Source of the DNA: Candidatus Moraniibacteriota bacterium | GTDB lineage: Bacteria > Patescibacteriota > Minisyncoccia > Moranbacterales > UBA1568 | NCBI GenBank assembly: GCA_903859375.1 | Contig: CAIOMK010000030.1 | Location: 5,238-69,237 of the forward strand | Length of the DNA: 64,000 nucleotides | Direction of reading: 5' to 3' | Part shown: one piece after another, positions 17,452-28,107 of the stretch | Layout of the letters: every line of letters starts with the position of its first letter | How positions within the stretch are numbered: the stretch's first letter is position 1 | Translations under genes and position numbers: made by a program | The notes under the pieces: generated by a model | Databases searched by the model: none | The model's input: the letters and a program-made list of their open reading frames with translations, nothing else | Told to the model about the DNA's origin: nothing

Positions 17452-18615
17452 TCAGTCGGTCCGATCCGAAACGGACATATAACACGAAATCATCATTCCG
17501 GCGCTCGCGCCCCAGTCGAAGGATTCGAGCCTGATTTTTCCGGCCGTACCCGCCTTGCGAGCGGCTGTCTTGTCGACGAGGAGCATCCGCAACGAATCTG
17601 CGCAGGCGGAGACGTCCATCGGATCGAAGTACGTCACCGCTTCTCCCCCGACCTCGCGAAATGGCGGGATATCCGAAGCGACGACCGGAGTGCCGGCGGC
17701 AAACGCTTCGAGAAGTGGTATGCCGAATCCTTCATATCGTGACGGAAAAGCAAGTATCGACGCAAGACGATAGAGTGCAGGCATATCTTCTTGCTGCACA
17801 TACCCCGGAAAGACAATCGAATCTTCAAGTCCGTCTTCCGACTTGATAGCATCGTCAATCGCGGTATCATAGTGCCTGCCTCCATGACCGCCGACCAAGA
17901 CGAGTTTGAGGTTGGGAAACTCTTTTCGTATTTTGGCGAATGCTCCGATCAGGGTCGGTATATTTTTTCGCGGTTGCATCGTGCCGACGGACAGAATGAA
18001 AGATTCCGGAAGTCCGTTCCGTGATTGTGCGAGGGCAAGCATCTCCGTTGTCGGTTCGACGAGAAACGACGGGTCGACCGCGTTGTGTATGACGGTTATC
18101 CTGTCTTTGGAAACACCATACGAAGAGATGATCTCATCACGGGTGAACGCCGATGGAACGACGATCATTTCCGAGCGTCTCATGGTATGCGGTATGAAGA
18201 AAGAGAGAAACAACCGATCTGCCACCCCGATGTATTCCGGGAACATCCTGAAGGAGATGTCATGAATATGAGTGACGACTTTGGTTCTTCGGGGAACGAA
18301 TGACGGAAGGATATATTGCGTATGGAACACGTCCACCGATCGTTTCGATAGGAATAGGGGCACGGAAAAAAAATTCCATTCGTATCGGTTTCGGGCCCGA
18401 AGCACGACGATTTCCGCGTTCTCCGGAAGCCGTCCGTCTTTCCCGAGCAACGTCAATATACGGTCGGTCGATTCCGAGTCGGCCTTGTCGGTCAAGAGCA
18501 GGTATCGGTTGACGGTATCGGCCGTGAGCACTTCGCGGGTGAGATTCCGAAATACCGCTTCGTCTCCGGTGCGGTTTTGTCCGATAAGGCGTATGTCTAT
18601 GGCGATTGTGATCAT
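17452..18615 (-). CDS. GT4 glycosyltransferase (MtfB-like)
   Basis: HIHD, QPRKN, YEGFGIPLLEAFAAG. Confidence 0.95.
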   Translation of the reverse strand: MITIAIDIRLIGQNRTGDEAVFRNLTREVLTADTVNRYLLLTDKADSESTDRILTLLGKDGRLPENAEIVVLRARNRYEWNFFSVPLFLSKRSVDVFHTQYILPSFVPRRTKVVTHIHDISFRMFPEYIGVADRLFLSFFIPHTMRRSEMIVVPSAFTRDEIISSYGVSKDRITVIHNAVDPSFLVEPTTEMLALAQSRNGLPESFILSVGTMQPRKNIPTLIGAFAKIRKEFPNLKLVLVGGHGGRHYDTAIDDAIKSEDGLEDSIVFPGYVQQEDMPALYRLASILAFPSRYEGFGIPLLEAFAAGTPVVASDIPPFREVGGEAVTYFDPMDVSACADSLRMLLVDKTAARKAGTAGKIRLESFDWGASAGMMISCYMSVSDRTD

Positions 18616-20249
18616 AACGTTTCGGAAAATTCAGAAACATGCGCCAGATACGATCCGGCGATGCCGAGTAATGCCCAGAAAAATCCGAGAAGAATGCCGG
18701 AATTGAAGAGGTCGAATACGATTAGCCCACCGAATGCCGAAAGGAGAAACAACGGGAATGTCCCTTTGTGGCGGGAGAAATCACGAACCGCCCCGGTGAC
18801 GAGCATGCACAGGAATCCGATCCAACCGATAATGCCGAGAAGCCCGCTTCCAAGCCAAATTTCGAGAAACACATCACTGGCGTTGAGACCCGCTCCGCGT
18901 GCGTCGATTCCGAGAGCCCGTGTCACACTTCCCCAACCGATGCCGAGTACAGGGTGTTCCCGACCGAGTGATACGGATCGTTCATATATTTGTTTGCGTA
19001 TGGATATGTTCGGATCGTTACGATTGATTTCGGTGACGAATCGTCCCGTCGATTTTTCCGTATCGATTTCATCGAGATCGATGTGTCGACAACCGAGCGA
19101 TGCAAGGTCTTCCACTGTGGCGACATACGCCGGCAACGCTGTTTCCCGTTCACAAGAGACCGTTATGGTCTGTAGTCCGGAGCCGATACTCCCCGCACGG
19201 CCGAACAGGTCGAAGGTAGTCAGCGGGATGGCTACGACGAGACAGATGGCCATGATACTGCCGGCCACGATACTCGCGGTCATGGTACCTGCGACCTGTC
19301 GTCGTTTCACGGCAAGCGGGAGGGCGACGGCAATGAGTACCGTGACGACCGTACCGAGCCATGCACTCCGACTGACCGACAAGACAAGCGCGACCAGGTT
19401 CATGGACAAGATGAAGAAGAGAGCGAGCGACCGCTTCATTCGGAAAAGTTCGCGTACCGATTCCGTCCGTGTCGCGATCATATACCACGCCGATATGAGT
19501 ACCGCGATGGATACGATAAGGAACATACCGAGCCAGTCCGGCTCCGCGAAAAAAGCGTTCGGTCGTCCCGGCATCACCTCGAGCAACCCGTTTCCATATA
19601 TGAAATACAGGTTCTGACCTATGGCTGCGACGACGGAAAGAAATGAGGAGACGATAAAAAAAGGAAGGATTCGTCCGACATCTTCCGAAGAGCGGATATA
19701 GATACGGAACAACGCATACAGCGCATAGTACGTGAAAAGAATGACTGAAAGCCGGAGTGATGCTCCCGGAGCGGATGCGTTGACGACGGCGAAGAGAGAC
19801 CCGATCGGAATCAGGAGCAACAACGCGTCGACCAGATGTGGCTTTGGAATGGCAGGGAGCGACCGGCGCATCAGAAATCGGATACCGAGTCCGACAATTA
19901 TCGACATCATCAGGAATTGATACGGGCGGATCCCCGTTCCAAAGGACGACGGCGCAAGATTGACTGTCTCGAGTGGCAATACGGATACGAGCAGAAGGAA
20001 CACCCATCCCGGCCGATATGCCGCTGCGAGCGAGACGATCAGGAAGAAAAAGAGGAAATCGGAAATGCGAAGAGGAACATAGCCCGCATATGCAAGCAAC
20101 GGCAGTATGATCGAGAGTCCGCTTCCCACATACAAGAGCGTCTTCGCGATGGTCGACATCGCAATCTTCGGAAAAAGGGCGCGGATATGCATATGACCGT
20201 TGAAAATGATGTCGTGATTAAGAGGTGATCGATATGTGCTTCGCGGCAT
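18612..20249 (-). CDS. O-antigen ligase/polymerase-like membrane protein
   Basis: Multiple TMs; RPNAFFAEP, SVSRSAW, LGIGWG; start may be 20192. Confidence 0.85.
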   Translation of the reverse strand: MPRSTYRSPLNHDIIFNGHMHIRALFPKIAMSTIAKTLLYVGSGLSIILPLLAYAGYVPLRISDFLFFFLIVSLAAAYRPGWVFLLLVSVLPLETVNLAPSSFGTGIRPYQFLMMSIIVGLGIRFLMRRSLPAIPKPHLVDALLLLIPIGSLFAVVNASAPGASLRLSVILFTYYALYALFRIYIRSSEDVGRILPFFIVSSFLSVVAAIGQNLYFIYGNGLLEVMPGRPNAFFAEPDWLGMFLIVSIAVLISAWYMIATRTESVRELFRMKRSLALFFILSMNLVALVLSVSRSAWLGTVVTVLIAVALPLAVKRRQVAGTMTASIVAGSIMAICLVVAIPLTTFDLFGRAGSIGSGLQTITVSCERETALPAYVATVEDLASLGCRHIDLDEIDTEKSTGRFVTEINRNDPNISIRKQIYERSVSLGREHPVLGIGWGSVTRALGIDARGAGLNASDVFLEIWLGSGLLGIIGWIGFLCMLVTGAVRDFSRHKGTFPLFLLSAFGGLIVFDLFNSGILLGFFWALLGIAGSYLAHVSEFSETL

Positions 20250-21414
20250 CCTCCTTCAAGAGGACATAGTCCGAGACGATTTCCGTGTAGAGAGTTTCGG
20301 CGAACGAGTCCCAGGAGAATGCCTTGATCCGTTCCTTCCCCCGTTCGACAAGTGTTTCACGGAAAGAGGCATCATCGATCAGCCGCTCCAATCCGACGGC
20401 GATTGCGGCTATATCTTTCGTTTCTACCAGGAGCGCGGCTCCGCCCGTTATTTCGGGTACCGAGCCTGCCGTCTGACCGGCAAGAACCGGTGTCCCGACG
20501 GCGAAAGCTTCGACTATCGGCAACCCGAATCCTTCGTATAGTGATGGAAAAGCGAAAAAGAGCGCGCCGCGATACAGTGCCGGCAGATTTTCCTCCGGAA
20601 CGAATCCAAGAAGCTTCACGCACTCCCCAAGCCCGAGTTTCTCGATGATGCCGGAGACATCGGTCGCCAGCCGGTTGTGTCTGTCATGCACCCGTCCCGA
20701 GATGACGAGAGTCGGGATATCTGTGCGATCACTTCGCAACATCGCATACGCTCGCAACAGACGCTCTGTGTTCTTGCGCACTTCGAGGCCTCCTCCGTGG
20801 TAGATATAACCGGTCGTCAACCCGTATTCGCTGTTCAGATACGTGGCTTCCTGCAAGGAAAGAGATTTTCTGAACAAAGGGGCGCAATCTGGATAGGCGA
20901 CCGCTATGTGAGCCTCGTCTATGCCAAGATTGAGTACGAGGTCGCGTTTCGTCGTTTCCGAAACCGCAAAAATCCGGTCTGCGGCGGCGATCGCACCCGT
21001 GATGAGGTTCGAGTGAATCTGATTCATGAGCGTCCCCCGATAGGTCGGGAACAGAATCGGTACGATATCATGCACGATCATGATATGCCGGATGCCGGAT
21101 TTCTTTGGGAAAACGGTCGCCGATTGGGATAGGCTCACGAATGCGTCACAGCCGTCCTCCGATGCCTTGGAAGAGAGCATCCGTTCCCAAAGAATCTTTC
21201 TCGGTACGTCGTCCCGGGTCCACTTCGGAAGAAATATGTGTTTCTCGAAATTCCCCGAAAACATCGCGGTGTCGGCGTATTCCTCAAGATACAGTATGAA
21301 TCGGTGCCGTGCGGAGTCCGGCATGCGCGACAAAGCACAGAGCGTCTGTTCCGTCACCACCCCGATTCCGGTCCCGGGTTTCCGCAGAAATGAGGCGTCT
21401 ATGCCTATGATCAT
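20218..21414 (-). CDS. GT4 glycosyltransferase (MtfB-like)
   Basis: VHD, RKN, YEGFGLPIVEAFAVG. Confidence 0.95.
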   Translation of the reverse strand: MIIGIDASFLRKPGTGIGVVTEQTLCALSRMPDSARHRFILYLEEYADTAMFSGNFEKHIFLPKWTRDDVPRKILWERMLSSKASEDGCDAFVSLSQSATVFPKKSGIRHIMIVHDIVPILFPTYRGTLMNQIHSNLITGAIAAADRIFAVSETTKRDLVLNLGIDEAHIAVAYPDCAPLFRKSLSLQEATYLNSEYGLTTGYIYHGGGLEVRKNTERLLRAYAMLRSDRTDIPTLVISGRVHDRHNRLATDVSGIIEKLGLGECVKLLGFVPEENLPALYRGALFFAFPSLYEGFGLPIVEAFAVGTPVLAGQTAGSVPEITGGAALLVETKDIAAIAVGLERLIDDASFRETLVERGKERIKAFSWDSFAETLYTEIVSDYVLLKEDAAKHISITS

Positions 21415-21591
21415 ACACTCAGTATATCCCGAAAGGATGAAAAAGGAAATTCGAAAAGTAAAGGGAGAGAGGCACGACCACGCGAAATGGTTTGGTTATT
21501 TTCCCGGGCATGGAGGTACTATTATTCGCATGATGATTGATTTATTCCCGCTTTTTCGTTACAATGCGTTTGAATCTCATAACACTATCCT

Positions 21592-22896
21592 ATGGCTGAA
21601 ATAGCCGTCAATCATTCCGGGAAGGACAAATCGGTCTGCGTCATCGGCCTCGGGTACGTCGGATTACCGATCGCCATGCGTGCGGTAGAGCGTGGGTATA
21701 CCGTTTTCGGACTCGACCTCGACGAACGCAAAATCGCACTTATCAATGACGGCAAGTCCCCTATAGAGGACGCCGGGATTTCCGAGGAACTTCCGAGGTA
21801 TCCGTTTACCGCAACCACCGATCCCTCCATCATTTCCGAGGCGGACATCATCCTCATCTGCGTGCCGACGCCCGTCGACGATCTGCATATGCCAGATCTT
21901 GGTCCGGTCAAAGGCGCGACCGACTTCATCGCGAAGCATGCGAAAAAAGGCGCCTTGGTAGTCCTCGAATCGACAGTCAATCCGGGCGTATCCGAAGAGA
22001 TCGTCAAACCGATTCTCGAAAGCGCCGGTTTTGTCGTCGGTAAAGATATGTTTCTCGCCCATTGTCCCGAGCGCATCAATCCCGGTGACAAGAAATGGTC
22101 GGTCAAGAACATCCCCCGTGTCGTCGGTGCGACCGATTCCATCGGACTGGAACGGGCAGCCGCCTTTTATCGGAGCATCGTTGACGGTGAAATCCGCCCG
22201 ATGAAGTCCATCCGCGAGGCGGAAGCCGTCAAGATCGTCGAGAATTCTTTCCGCGATATCAATATCGCATTTGTGAACGAGCTTGCGAAGTCTTTCGACC
22301 AGCTCGGTATCGATGTAAAAGATGTCATCAGAGGAGCGGCCACCAAGCCGTTCGCATTCATGGCGCATTATCCTTCCTGCGGTGTCGGCGGTCACTGTAT
22401 CCCGGTAGACCCGTACTACCTTATCGAACGTGCCAAGTTGTCCGGATTCGATCACCGATTCCTCAAGATCGCACGCGAGATCAATAATTCGATGCCCGCA
22501 TATACCGTCGAACTCCTGCAAGACGCGCTCAATTCGATCAGTCTGCCGTTGCAGGGAACCAAAGTTGGCGTCCTGGGCCTTGCTTACAAGCCGAACGTCG
22601 ACGACATGCGCGAATCCCCCGCCGAAGACGTCATCTTGGCGCTCGAACAGCATAGTGCCGATGTCGCGACGTTCGACCCACATGTACTGCGACTTTCGAC
22701 GACGAAGACGCTCACCGAGATACTGGAGCGTTCCGATGCGCTCATCCTGACGACCGCCCACAAGGAATTCATTGAATCGATCACGCCGGAGCTGCTCAAA
22801 GAGCATGGGATACGCGTCTTGATCGATGGACAGAACGCCTTCGACCGTGAGGCGATCACCGCTGCGGGAATCATTTACAAGGGCATAGGCCGATAA
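21592..22896 (+). CDS. UDP-N-acetylhexosamine 6-dehydrogenase (WbpA/WecC type)
   Basis: GLGYVG, CVPTP, ESTVNPG, PERINPG, GVGGHCIPVDP, AYKPNVDDMRESP. Confidence 0.95.
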   Translation: MAEIAVNHSGKDKSVCVIGLGYVGLPIAMRAVERGYTVFGLDLDERKIALINDGKSPIEDAGISEELPRYPFTATTDPSIISEADIILICVPTPVDDLHMPDLGPVKGATDFIAKHAKKGALVVLESTVNPGVSEEIVKPILESAGFVVGKDMFLAHCPERINPGDKKWSVKNIPRVVGATDSIGLERAAAFYRSIVDGEIRPMKSIREAEAVKIVENSFRDINIAFVNELAKSFDQLGIDVKDVIRGAATKPFAFMAHYPSCGVGGHCIPVDPYYLIERAKLSGFDHRFLKIAREINNSMPAYTVELLQDALNSISLPLQGTKVGVLGLAYKPNVDDMRESPAEDVILALEQHSADVATFDPHVLRLSTTKTLTEILERSDALILTTAHKEFIESITPELLKEHGIRVLIDGQNAFDREAITAAGIIYKGIGR

Positions 22897-22905
22897 CTAT
22901 ACGCT

Positions 22906-23142
22906 ATGTTTTCTTTGCTCCGTCTCACTATCTGGATAGCGGGCATCATCACGGTAGCGACATTCGCGTTGGGGTATTTCGGATTCGCAATCAATACCGG
23001 CTATTTTGTCGAGCAAAAAGACCAGTGTGCGACCATTATTTCCGAATGCCGTGATACGTTCATTCAGAAAGGAACGGAGGGTGTCATTTCGAAGTGTCAG
23101 TGGAACTGTATCGATCTGCGTATGCTGGTCAGAAAAAAATAA
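22906..23142 (+). CDS. Small membrane protein with four Cys
   Basis: 78 aa filling the gap within an operon; N-terminal TM; C-x6-C...C-x3-C. Confidence 0.75.
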   Translation: MFSLLRLTIWIAGIITVATFALGYFGFAINTGYFVEQKDQCATIISECRDTFIQKGTEGVISKCQWNCIDLRMLVRKK

Positions 23143-23166
23143 CTTGTCCCAATTTTACGAAACGCT

Positions 23167-24120
23167 ATGAAACTGATCGTGAACATCCCCGCTTTCAACG
23201 AGGAGGAAAAGATAGGTGAGACCATCCGTCGGATACCCCGTTCTTTCAAAGGTGTGGATGAGGTCGTCATACAGGTCGTCGATGACGGTTCGAAAGACGG
23301 CACGGGTAAAATGGCCACCGAAGCGGGCGTCACGCTTCTTCGCACGCATAGGACGAATCGAGGCATCGGCAAGACATTCCGTACCGCCGTCGAATTCGCG
23401 CTCGAGAACGGCGCGGATATCATGGTGAATATCGACGCCGACGGCCAGTTCGATCCGAACGATATCGACAAGCTTATCGCGCCTATTCTTGCCGGTGACG
23501 CGGATATCGTGAGTGCCGACCGTTTCGACCATCTCAAGGCCAAGAACATCCCGTTCCTCAAAGACGTACTGAACCGTCTCGCCTCAAAAATCATCGGTGG
23601 ATTCATGAACGCCCGGATCAAGGATCTTACCTGTGGGTTCCGTGCCTATGACCGCGAGTCGCTTCTCCGACTCAACCTCCCCGGCGCGTTCACCTATACG
23701 CAGGAAGTCATTATCGATGCACTCGGCAAAGACCTGAAAGTCCGATGGGTTCCTGTCGAAGTCACCTATTTCGAAGGACGGAAATCCAGAGTCGTCAAAA
23801 GCGTATACAAATACGTGAACAACAGCGCCAAGCTTATCTTGAAGGCGGTACGCGACGTGCGACCGGTCAAGTTTTTCGGTGCTCCGGGATTATTCCTGCT
23901 TTTGGTTGGCTTTATCGGCTTCCTCGGCTTCCTGATACAGTATATCGCCAGCGGATTCAAGATTTCGCCCTACCTCAACTACCTCATATTGGGGAGTATT
24001 TCCTTCATCATCGGTTCACAACTGCTCATCTTCGCGTTCATAGCCGATATGATCAAGTCGAACCGGAATCTGATCGAGGAGCAGACCTATGCGATAAAGA
24101 AAGAGCGTTATCGGAAGTAA
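23167..24120 (+). CDS. GT2 polyprenyl-phosphate glycosyltransferase (DPM1/AglJ-like) with two C-terminal TMs
   Basis: IPAFNEE, DDGSKD, DADGQF, DLTCGFRAY. Confidence 0.92.
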   Translation: MKLIVNIPAFNEEEKIGETIRRIPRSFKGVDEVVIQVVDDGSKDGTGKMATEAGVTLLRTHRTNRGIGKTFRTAVEFALENGADIMVNIDADGQFDPNDIDKLIAPILAGDADIVSADRFDHLKAKNIPFLKDVLNRLASKIIGGFMNARIKDLTCGFRAYDRESLLRLNLPGAFTYTQEVIIDALGKDLKVRWVPVEVTYFEGRKSRVVKSVYKYVNNSAKLILKAVRDVRPVKFFGAPGLFLLLVGFIGFLGFLIQYIASGFKISPYLNYLILGSISFIIGSQLLIFAFIADMIKSNRNLIEEQTYAIKKERYRK

Positions 24121-24121
24121 T

Positions 24122-25237
24122 ATGAGGATACTTTTGATTTCACGAGCCTTCCCACCCGTTATCGGAGGTATCGAAAACCACAACCGAGATCTGGCTCTCT
24201 GGCTCGCGAAAAAAACCGACTGCACGCTTATCGCGAACCATCGCGGAAAAAGTTTTCTCCCGTTGTTTCTTCCATACGCCTTTATCAAGGCATTGTTTCT
24301 GATGCGTACACACGATGTACTCCTTCTTGGTGACGGCGTCCTTGCCCCGCTTGCGGCAGCGGTATCCCTGATCTATCCGCACAGGAAAACCGCCTGCGTG
24401 GTACATGGGCTCGATATCGCGTTCGGTACGAAACAGGGATTCTTATCGCGCGTCTACAAATCCGTAAACCTCCCGTCATTGCGCCGTCTCGATCGCATCT
24501 TCGCCGTTTCCGAGCATACCAGTCACGTTGCAATCGATGCCGGAGTGGATCCCGAACGCATCACGATTATACAGAACGGGATCGATCCGTTGGAATTGGT
24601 CGTCCCTCGAGATCGGGCCGCCCTCGATACTCTGCTCGGTGTCGAAACCGCACACCAGTTCGTTATCGTACGCATCGGCCGATATGTGAAACACAAAGGT
24701 GTCGAGTGGTTCATCAGGAATGTGGTACCCAGACTTTCCGATGATGTCCTCTTCGTCGCCGCGGGCGGTGTCGTCGCCGGAAAGACCGCCGGTGATGACG
24801 ATTACTTCCCCGCGTGCGAACAGGCAGTCCGAGATCTCGCCCTCGAAGGGAAAGTGAAGCTCCTCACGAATCTTCCCCGCGCAGACATCCTGACGCTGCT
24901 CAATTCATCCGACCTTGCCGTCTCACCGAATATTCCCGTTCCCGGAACGATGGAAGGATTCGGGATCAACGTCATCGAAGCGAACAGTTGCGGACTCCCT
25001 GTCATCGCGTCCGATCTCGAAGGACTTTCCGAAGCGGTCCACGACGGTGAAAACGGACGACTCGTACGTCCTTCTGATGCCGATGCGTATGTCGAGGCCA
25101 TCCGTCTGTATTCGGATGATCGACGACAACTCAAAATCGACGGCGAAAAAGCGGCTGCGTTCGTTTCATCCCATTTCCTCTGGGACACGCTTTCCGATCG
25201 ATACAAAGATGTCCTCGAAGCGGAACTCACCCGTTAG
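24122..25237 (+). CDS. GT4 glycosyltransferase (PimB-like)
   Basis: FPPVIGGIE, HGLD, KHKG, EGFGINVIEA. Confidence 0.93.
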   Translation: MRILLISRAFPPVIGGIENHNRDLALWLAKKTDCTLIANHRGKSFLPLFLPYAFIKALFLMRTHDVLLLGDGVLAPLAAAVSLIYPHRKTACVVHGLDIAFGTKQGFLSRVYKSVNLPSLRRLDRIFAVSEHTSHVAIDAGVDPERITIIQNGIDPLELVVPRDRAALDTLLGVETAHQFVIVRIGRYVKHKGVEWFIRNVVPRLSDDVLFVAAGGVVAGKTAGDDDYFPACEQAVRDLALEGKVKLLTNLPRADILTLLNSSDLAVSPNIPVPGTMEGFGINVIEANSCGLPVIASDLEGLSEAVHDGENGRLVRPSDADAYVEAIRLYSDDRRQLKIDGEKAAAFVSSHFLWDTLSDRYKDVLEAELTR

Positions 25238-25285
25238 CATATCCGTTTTTTTGGATTTCTTCGTTTCGTCGGGTATACTGTCCAT

Positions 25286-27253
25286 ATGATATTCATTTCA
25301 TTTCTTTCAGTCACACTCGCCATTCTCTTTTCCGGATTTCTGCTTCTTCGTGGCATATTCGGTGCGCGTATGCCACTCTCGTCGCTCGAACGACTCGTGA
25401 TGTCGTTCACCCTCGGAATCGGTTCCCTTGATTTCTCGATGATCGCGCTCGGAAAAGCCGGTATTCTCCTTTCCGCGAGAAACATAAATATCGCCATCTT
25501 CGCGGTACCGCTCGTGGCTGTGCTCCTCCGTCTCGCCTATGACCGGTTTTTTCCTTCACAATGGAAGCCGGCGATACGGACCAACGCAAAACCGGACAAC
25601 GTCCGTTTTTCTCCGACCGAACGCAAACTGTTCCTGCTCCTTATCGGACTCACATTGTTTCTGAAAACTATTTTTCTCTTGGGTACGGGGTTGCCGACTG
25701 CTACAGACCTCGGTCATCATATGTATTGGTCCAAGGTCATTTCCGATACCGGACGTCTGCCTGATTATTCGAAGAGTGAGATCGTCGACACGACCGACGG
25801 GCACACAGCGCTTTCCGAACCGACGCCGATTTCCGATTTCATCATCGGGGAACACCTCCCCTTCGCCGCAATCGCGAAGATTTCCGGCGTCTCTTTCTTC
25901 TCAGCCTTTCCGGTCTCATTCCTGCTCCTCGTGAATATCTTCTCCATTATCGCGCTCTTCCTCCTGACGATCCGATTTGCCGCGCTGTTGTTTCCGAAAA
26001 CCGGAATCTCAGCCGTTTCAGTCGGGCTCGCCGTCCTGTTTTTCGCAGGCCCGTTATTCGCGCTCTCCTCACCGGAAGCGAAATTCGTTTCCGGTGGCGT
26101 CATCGGCAACCTGTTCGGCAATCTCATCATACCGCTCGCGATCCTCGCCTTTTTCCGCGCATTCGTCGAAGAAGATTCACGTTTCCTCGGACTCGGCATC
26201 CTTCTTACACTCGTACTTGCCTATACCCATCATCTGTCGACATTCGTTCTCGCTTTCATTCTCTTCGGTATAGCCCTTTCCCTCGTCGCAGTCTCGTTCC
26301 GGAACATTCCCGGACTGTTCGCCCGCATCGGGAAGCTGTTTCTTTCACCATATGTGATACTGACCATCCTGTTTGTCTGCGCATTCTTTTTCCTTGTCGC
26401 CAAGCCGACCTATATCGAGACACAGGCCCTCGGCACCGTCGTCGGGACCCCGTCGAAAACGACCCGGACCGGCTTGTCGTTCGCTCAGACGTCCGGTTCC
26501 GCTGGGACGGCACGAATGGCGATCGGCCTTGTGGCACTCCTTATCGCATCGTCGCTCCGTTCCGTCCGTCGATCTCCGGCATTTCCATTTCTCCTCGGGT
26601 GGTCTGGTGCCCTACTCATCATGGCGCTCCGACCGGGATGGGTATTCCTCAATATTCCATCGAACCGCATCGGCACCTATCTCTCCTTCCCTTTTTCTAT
26701 CCTTGCCGGTCTGTTCCTCGCTTCGTTCCCTATCCTATTCCGCAATCCTGCCAAACATCCGTCGGGCGTCTTTCTCCCCGGAAACATATTCCTGTTCGCC
26801 TCACTCGTCTTATTCTCCTTCTCGGCATGGGACGGGTCACAGGACAACCAATCCTCCCTTCCGAGCGCCGGAAAGGCACAGGAGGCGCTCGAAGTCTTTC
26901 ACGCGTCGCGGTATCTCGCCGATCGGTCCAAGCCGTCGGATCTCTTGCTCAAAGACCACAATTATCTTTCCGCCGACTCATGGATGAAACTGTTTTTCAT
27001 GCGCGATTATGCCTACCCGCTTTCCCGCGGATATTTCAAACGGTATGAGGATGAGACGAATCCCCGCGAACAGTGTACGCTTCGAATGATCTCGGTCCCG
27101 AACCTTGCCGATGGTCGCGCCTGTTTCGATGACCTGCATGTGAATCTTATCGCCGTCAATCCCGCATATGACTCCGCCCAGTTTGAGAAATCCCGTGACT
27201 TCTCCCGTATCTACGCAGGAACAACAATACAAATCTATGAGCGCAACCGCTAA
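25286..27253 (+). CDS. Multi-TM membrane protein, probable GT-C fold
   Basis: More than 10 TMs; PTATDLGHHMYW loop, YTHHLS, soluble C-terminal domain ending QIYE. Confidence 0.7.
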   Translation: MIFISFLSVTLAILFSGFLLLRGIFGARMPLSSLERLVMSFTLGIGSLDFSMIALGKAGILLSARNINIAIFAVPLVAVLLRLAYDRFFPSQWKPAIRTNAKPDNVRFSPTERKLFLLLIGLTLFLKTIFLLGTGLPTATDLGHHMYWSKVISDTGRLPDYSKSEIVDTTDGHTALSEPTPISDFIIGEHLPFAAIAKISGVSFFSAFPVSFLLLVNIFSIIALFLLTIRFAALLFPKTGISAVSVGLAVLFFAGPLFALSSPEAKFVSGGVIGNLFGNLIIPLAILAFFRAFVEEDSRFLGLGILLTLVLAYTHHLSTFVLAFILFGIALSLVAVSFRNIPGLFARIGKLFLSPYVILTILFVCAFFFLVAKPTYIETQALGTVVGTPSKTTRTGLSFAQTSGSAGTARMAIGLVALLIASSLRSVRRSPAFPFLLGWSGALLIMALRPGWVFLNIPSNRIGTYLSFPFSILAGLFLASFPILFRNPAKHPSGVFLPGNIFLFASLVLFSFSAWDGSQDNQSSLPSAGKAQEALEVFHASRYLADRSKPSDLLLKDHNYLSADSWMKLFFMRDYAYPLSRGYFKRYEDETNPREQCTLRMISVPNLADGRACFDDLHVNLIAVNPAYDSAQFEKSRDFSRIYAGTTIQIYERNR

Positions 27254-27659
27254 GCATCCCGAAAAACCAGCTTCACCTCAGTTGAAGCCCAAGAAACGCA
27301 CTTCCGGAGAAGCGATATCCGTGTTTGTCGTCCTTGTGCTGTTCGTCGTCGCCTCAGGTGTCCTATTCTCGAATGTCGATCGGAACATCGACCCGAACAT
27401 CGACAAGAACTGGTGGACACTCGCATTCGAGTCACGGGAGACGGAGAATTCTGATTTCACCGTGGAAAATCATTCTTCGACCACACGATTCACCTATACC
27501 GTCACCCGGGACAACGCCGTACTGAAGACCGGCGTGATTTCGATTGCCAAAGGTGCGCTTCGGACCGTATACCCCGCACTTCCGGCCAGCCCCGGACGGA
27601 CGACTGTGTCGGTTGTCGGTGATGACGGCTCCAAGAAGGACATTTACCGGGAACGGTAA
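27237..27659 (+). CDS. Single-TM protein with a small extracellular beta-rich domain
   Basis: ATG 27237 overlaps the preceding gene; one TM, then WWTLAF...FTVENH. Confidence 0.7.
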   Translation: MSATAKHPEKPASPQLKPKKRTSGEAISVFVVLVLFVVASGVLFSNVDRNIDPNIDKNWWTLAFESRETENSDFTVENHSSTTRFTYTVTRDNAVLKTGVISIAKGALRTVYPALPASPGRTTVSVVGDDGSKKDIYRER

Positions 27660-27694
27660 AAAGTTGCAGACATCAACAACGAGAAAATATAACG

Positions 27695-27719
27695 AAAAAG
27701 CCTTTTAATGGGCTTTTTT
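27695..27719 (+). terminator. Rho-independent terminator
   Basis: AAAAAGCC-loop-GGCTTTTTT. Confidence 0.7.
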
Positions 27720-27744
27720 CTGTATATATCCTGAAATACGAATA

Positions 27745-27773
27745 TTGACAATAATTTAATTATGATATATAAT
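27745..27773 (+). promoter_or_regulatory. Consensus sigma70 promoter
   Basis: TTGACA (27745-27750), 17-nt spacer, TATAAT (27768-27773). Confidence 0.85.
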
Positions 27774-27823
27774 ATATAGTCAATTTGAAATGTTATTTTA
27801 CAAAACAACCAAACGGAGCAACC

Positions 27824-28090
27824 GTGAAATACAATCCAATCGCGCTCATATCTATCCTGTTCGCATTCGGTTTGACCGGAGGTGACGCATTACTTATTCC
27901 GGTCGATGATCATTATTATCACCGGGAGCGTGTACTCATAGTCCCCGAACAGCAATGTTATCCTCCTCCTGTACGGGAACGGGTGATATTTGTCCCACCT
28001 TTTCGGTATGTTCCCGTGATGCCACGGCCGATGTCGTTCCCACGATACAACGACGGCCACAGGAGACATGGAAGATACGGCAGATACTGA
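27824..28090 (+). CDS. Small secreted Pro/Tyr/Arg-rich protein (88 aa)
   Basis: GGAG before GTG 27824; hydrophobic signal-like N-terminus; flanked by its own promoter and terminator. Confidence 0.65.
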   Translation: MKYNPIALISILFAFGLTGGDALLIPVDDHYYHRERVLIVPEQQCYPPPVRERVIFVPPFRYVPVMPRPMSFPRYNDGHRRHGRYGRY

Positions 28091-28107
28091 TATCCGGATT
28101 CCATATA

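Noticed and set aside
18577-22806. Long ORFs 18577-19617 (+), 19150-20007 (-) and 21664-22806 (-)
   Set aside because: Shadow or alternative frames of the ligase and dehydrogenase genes.
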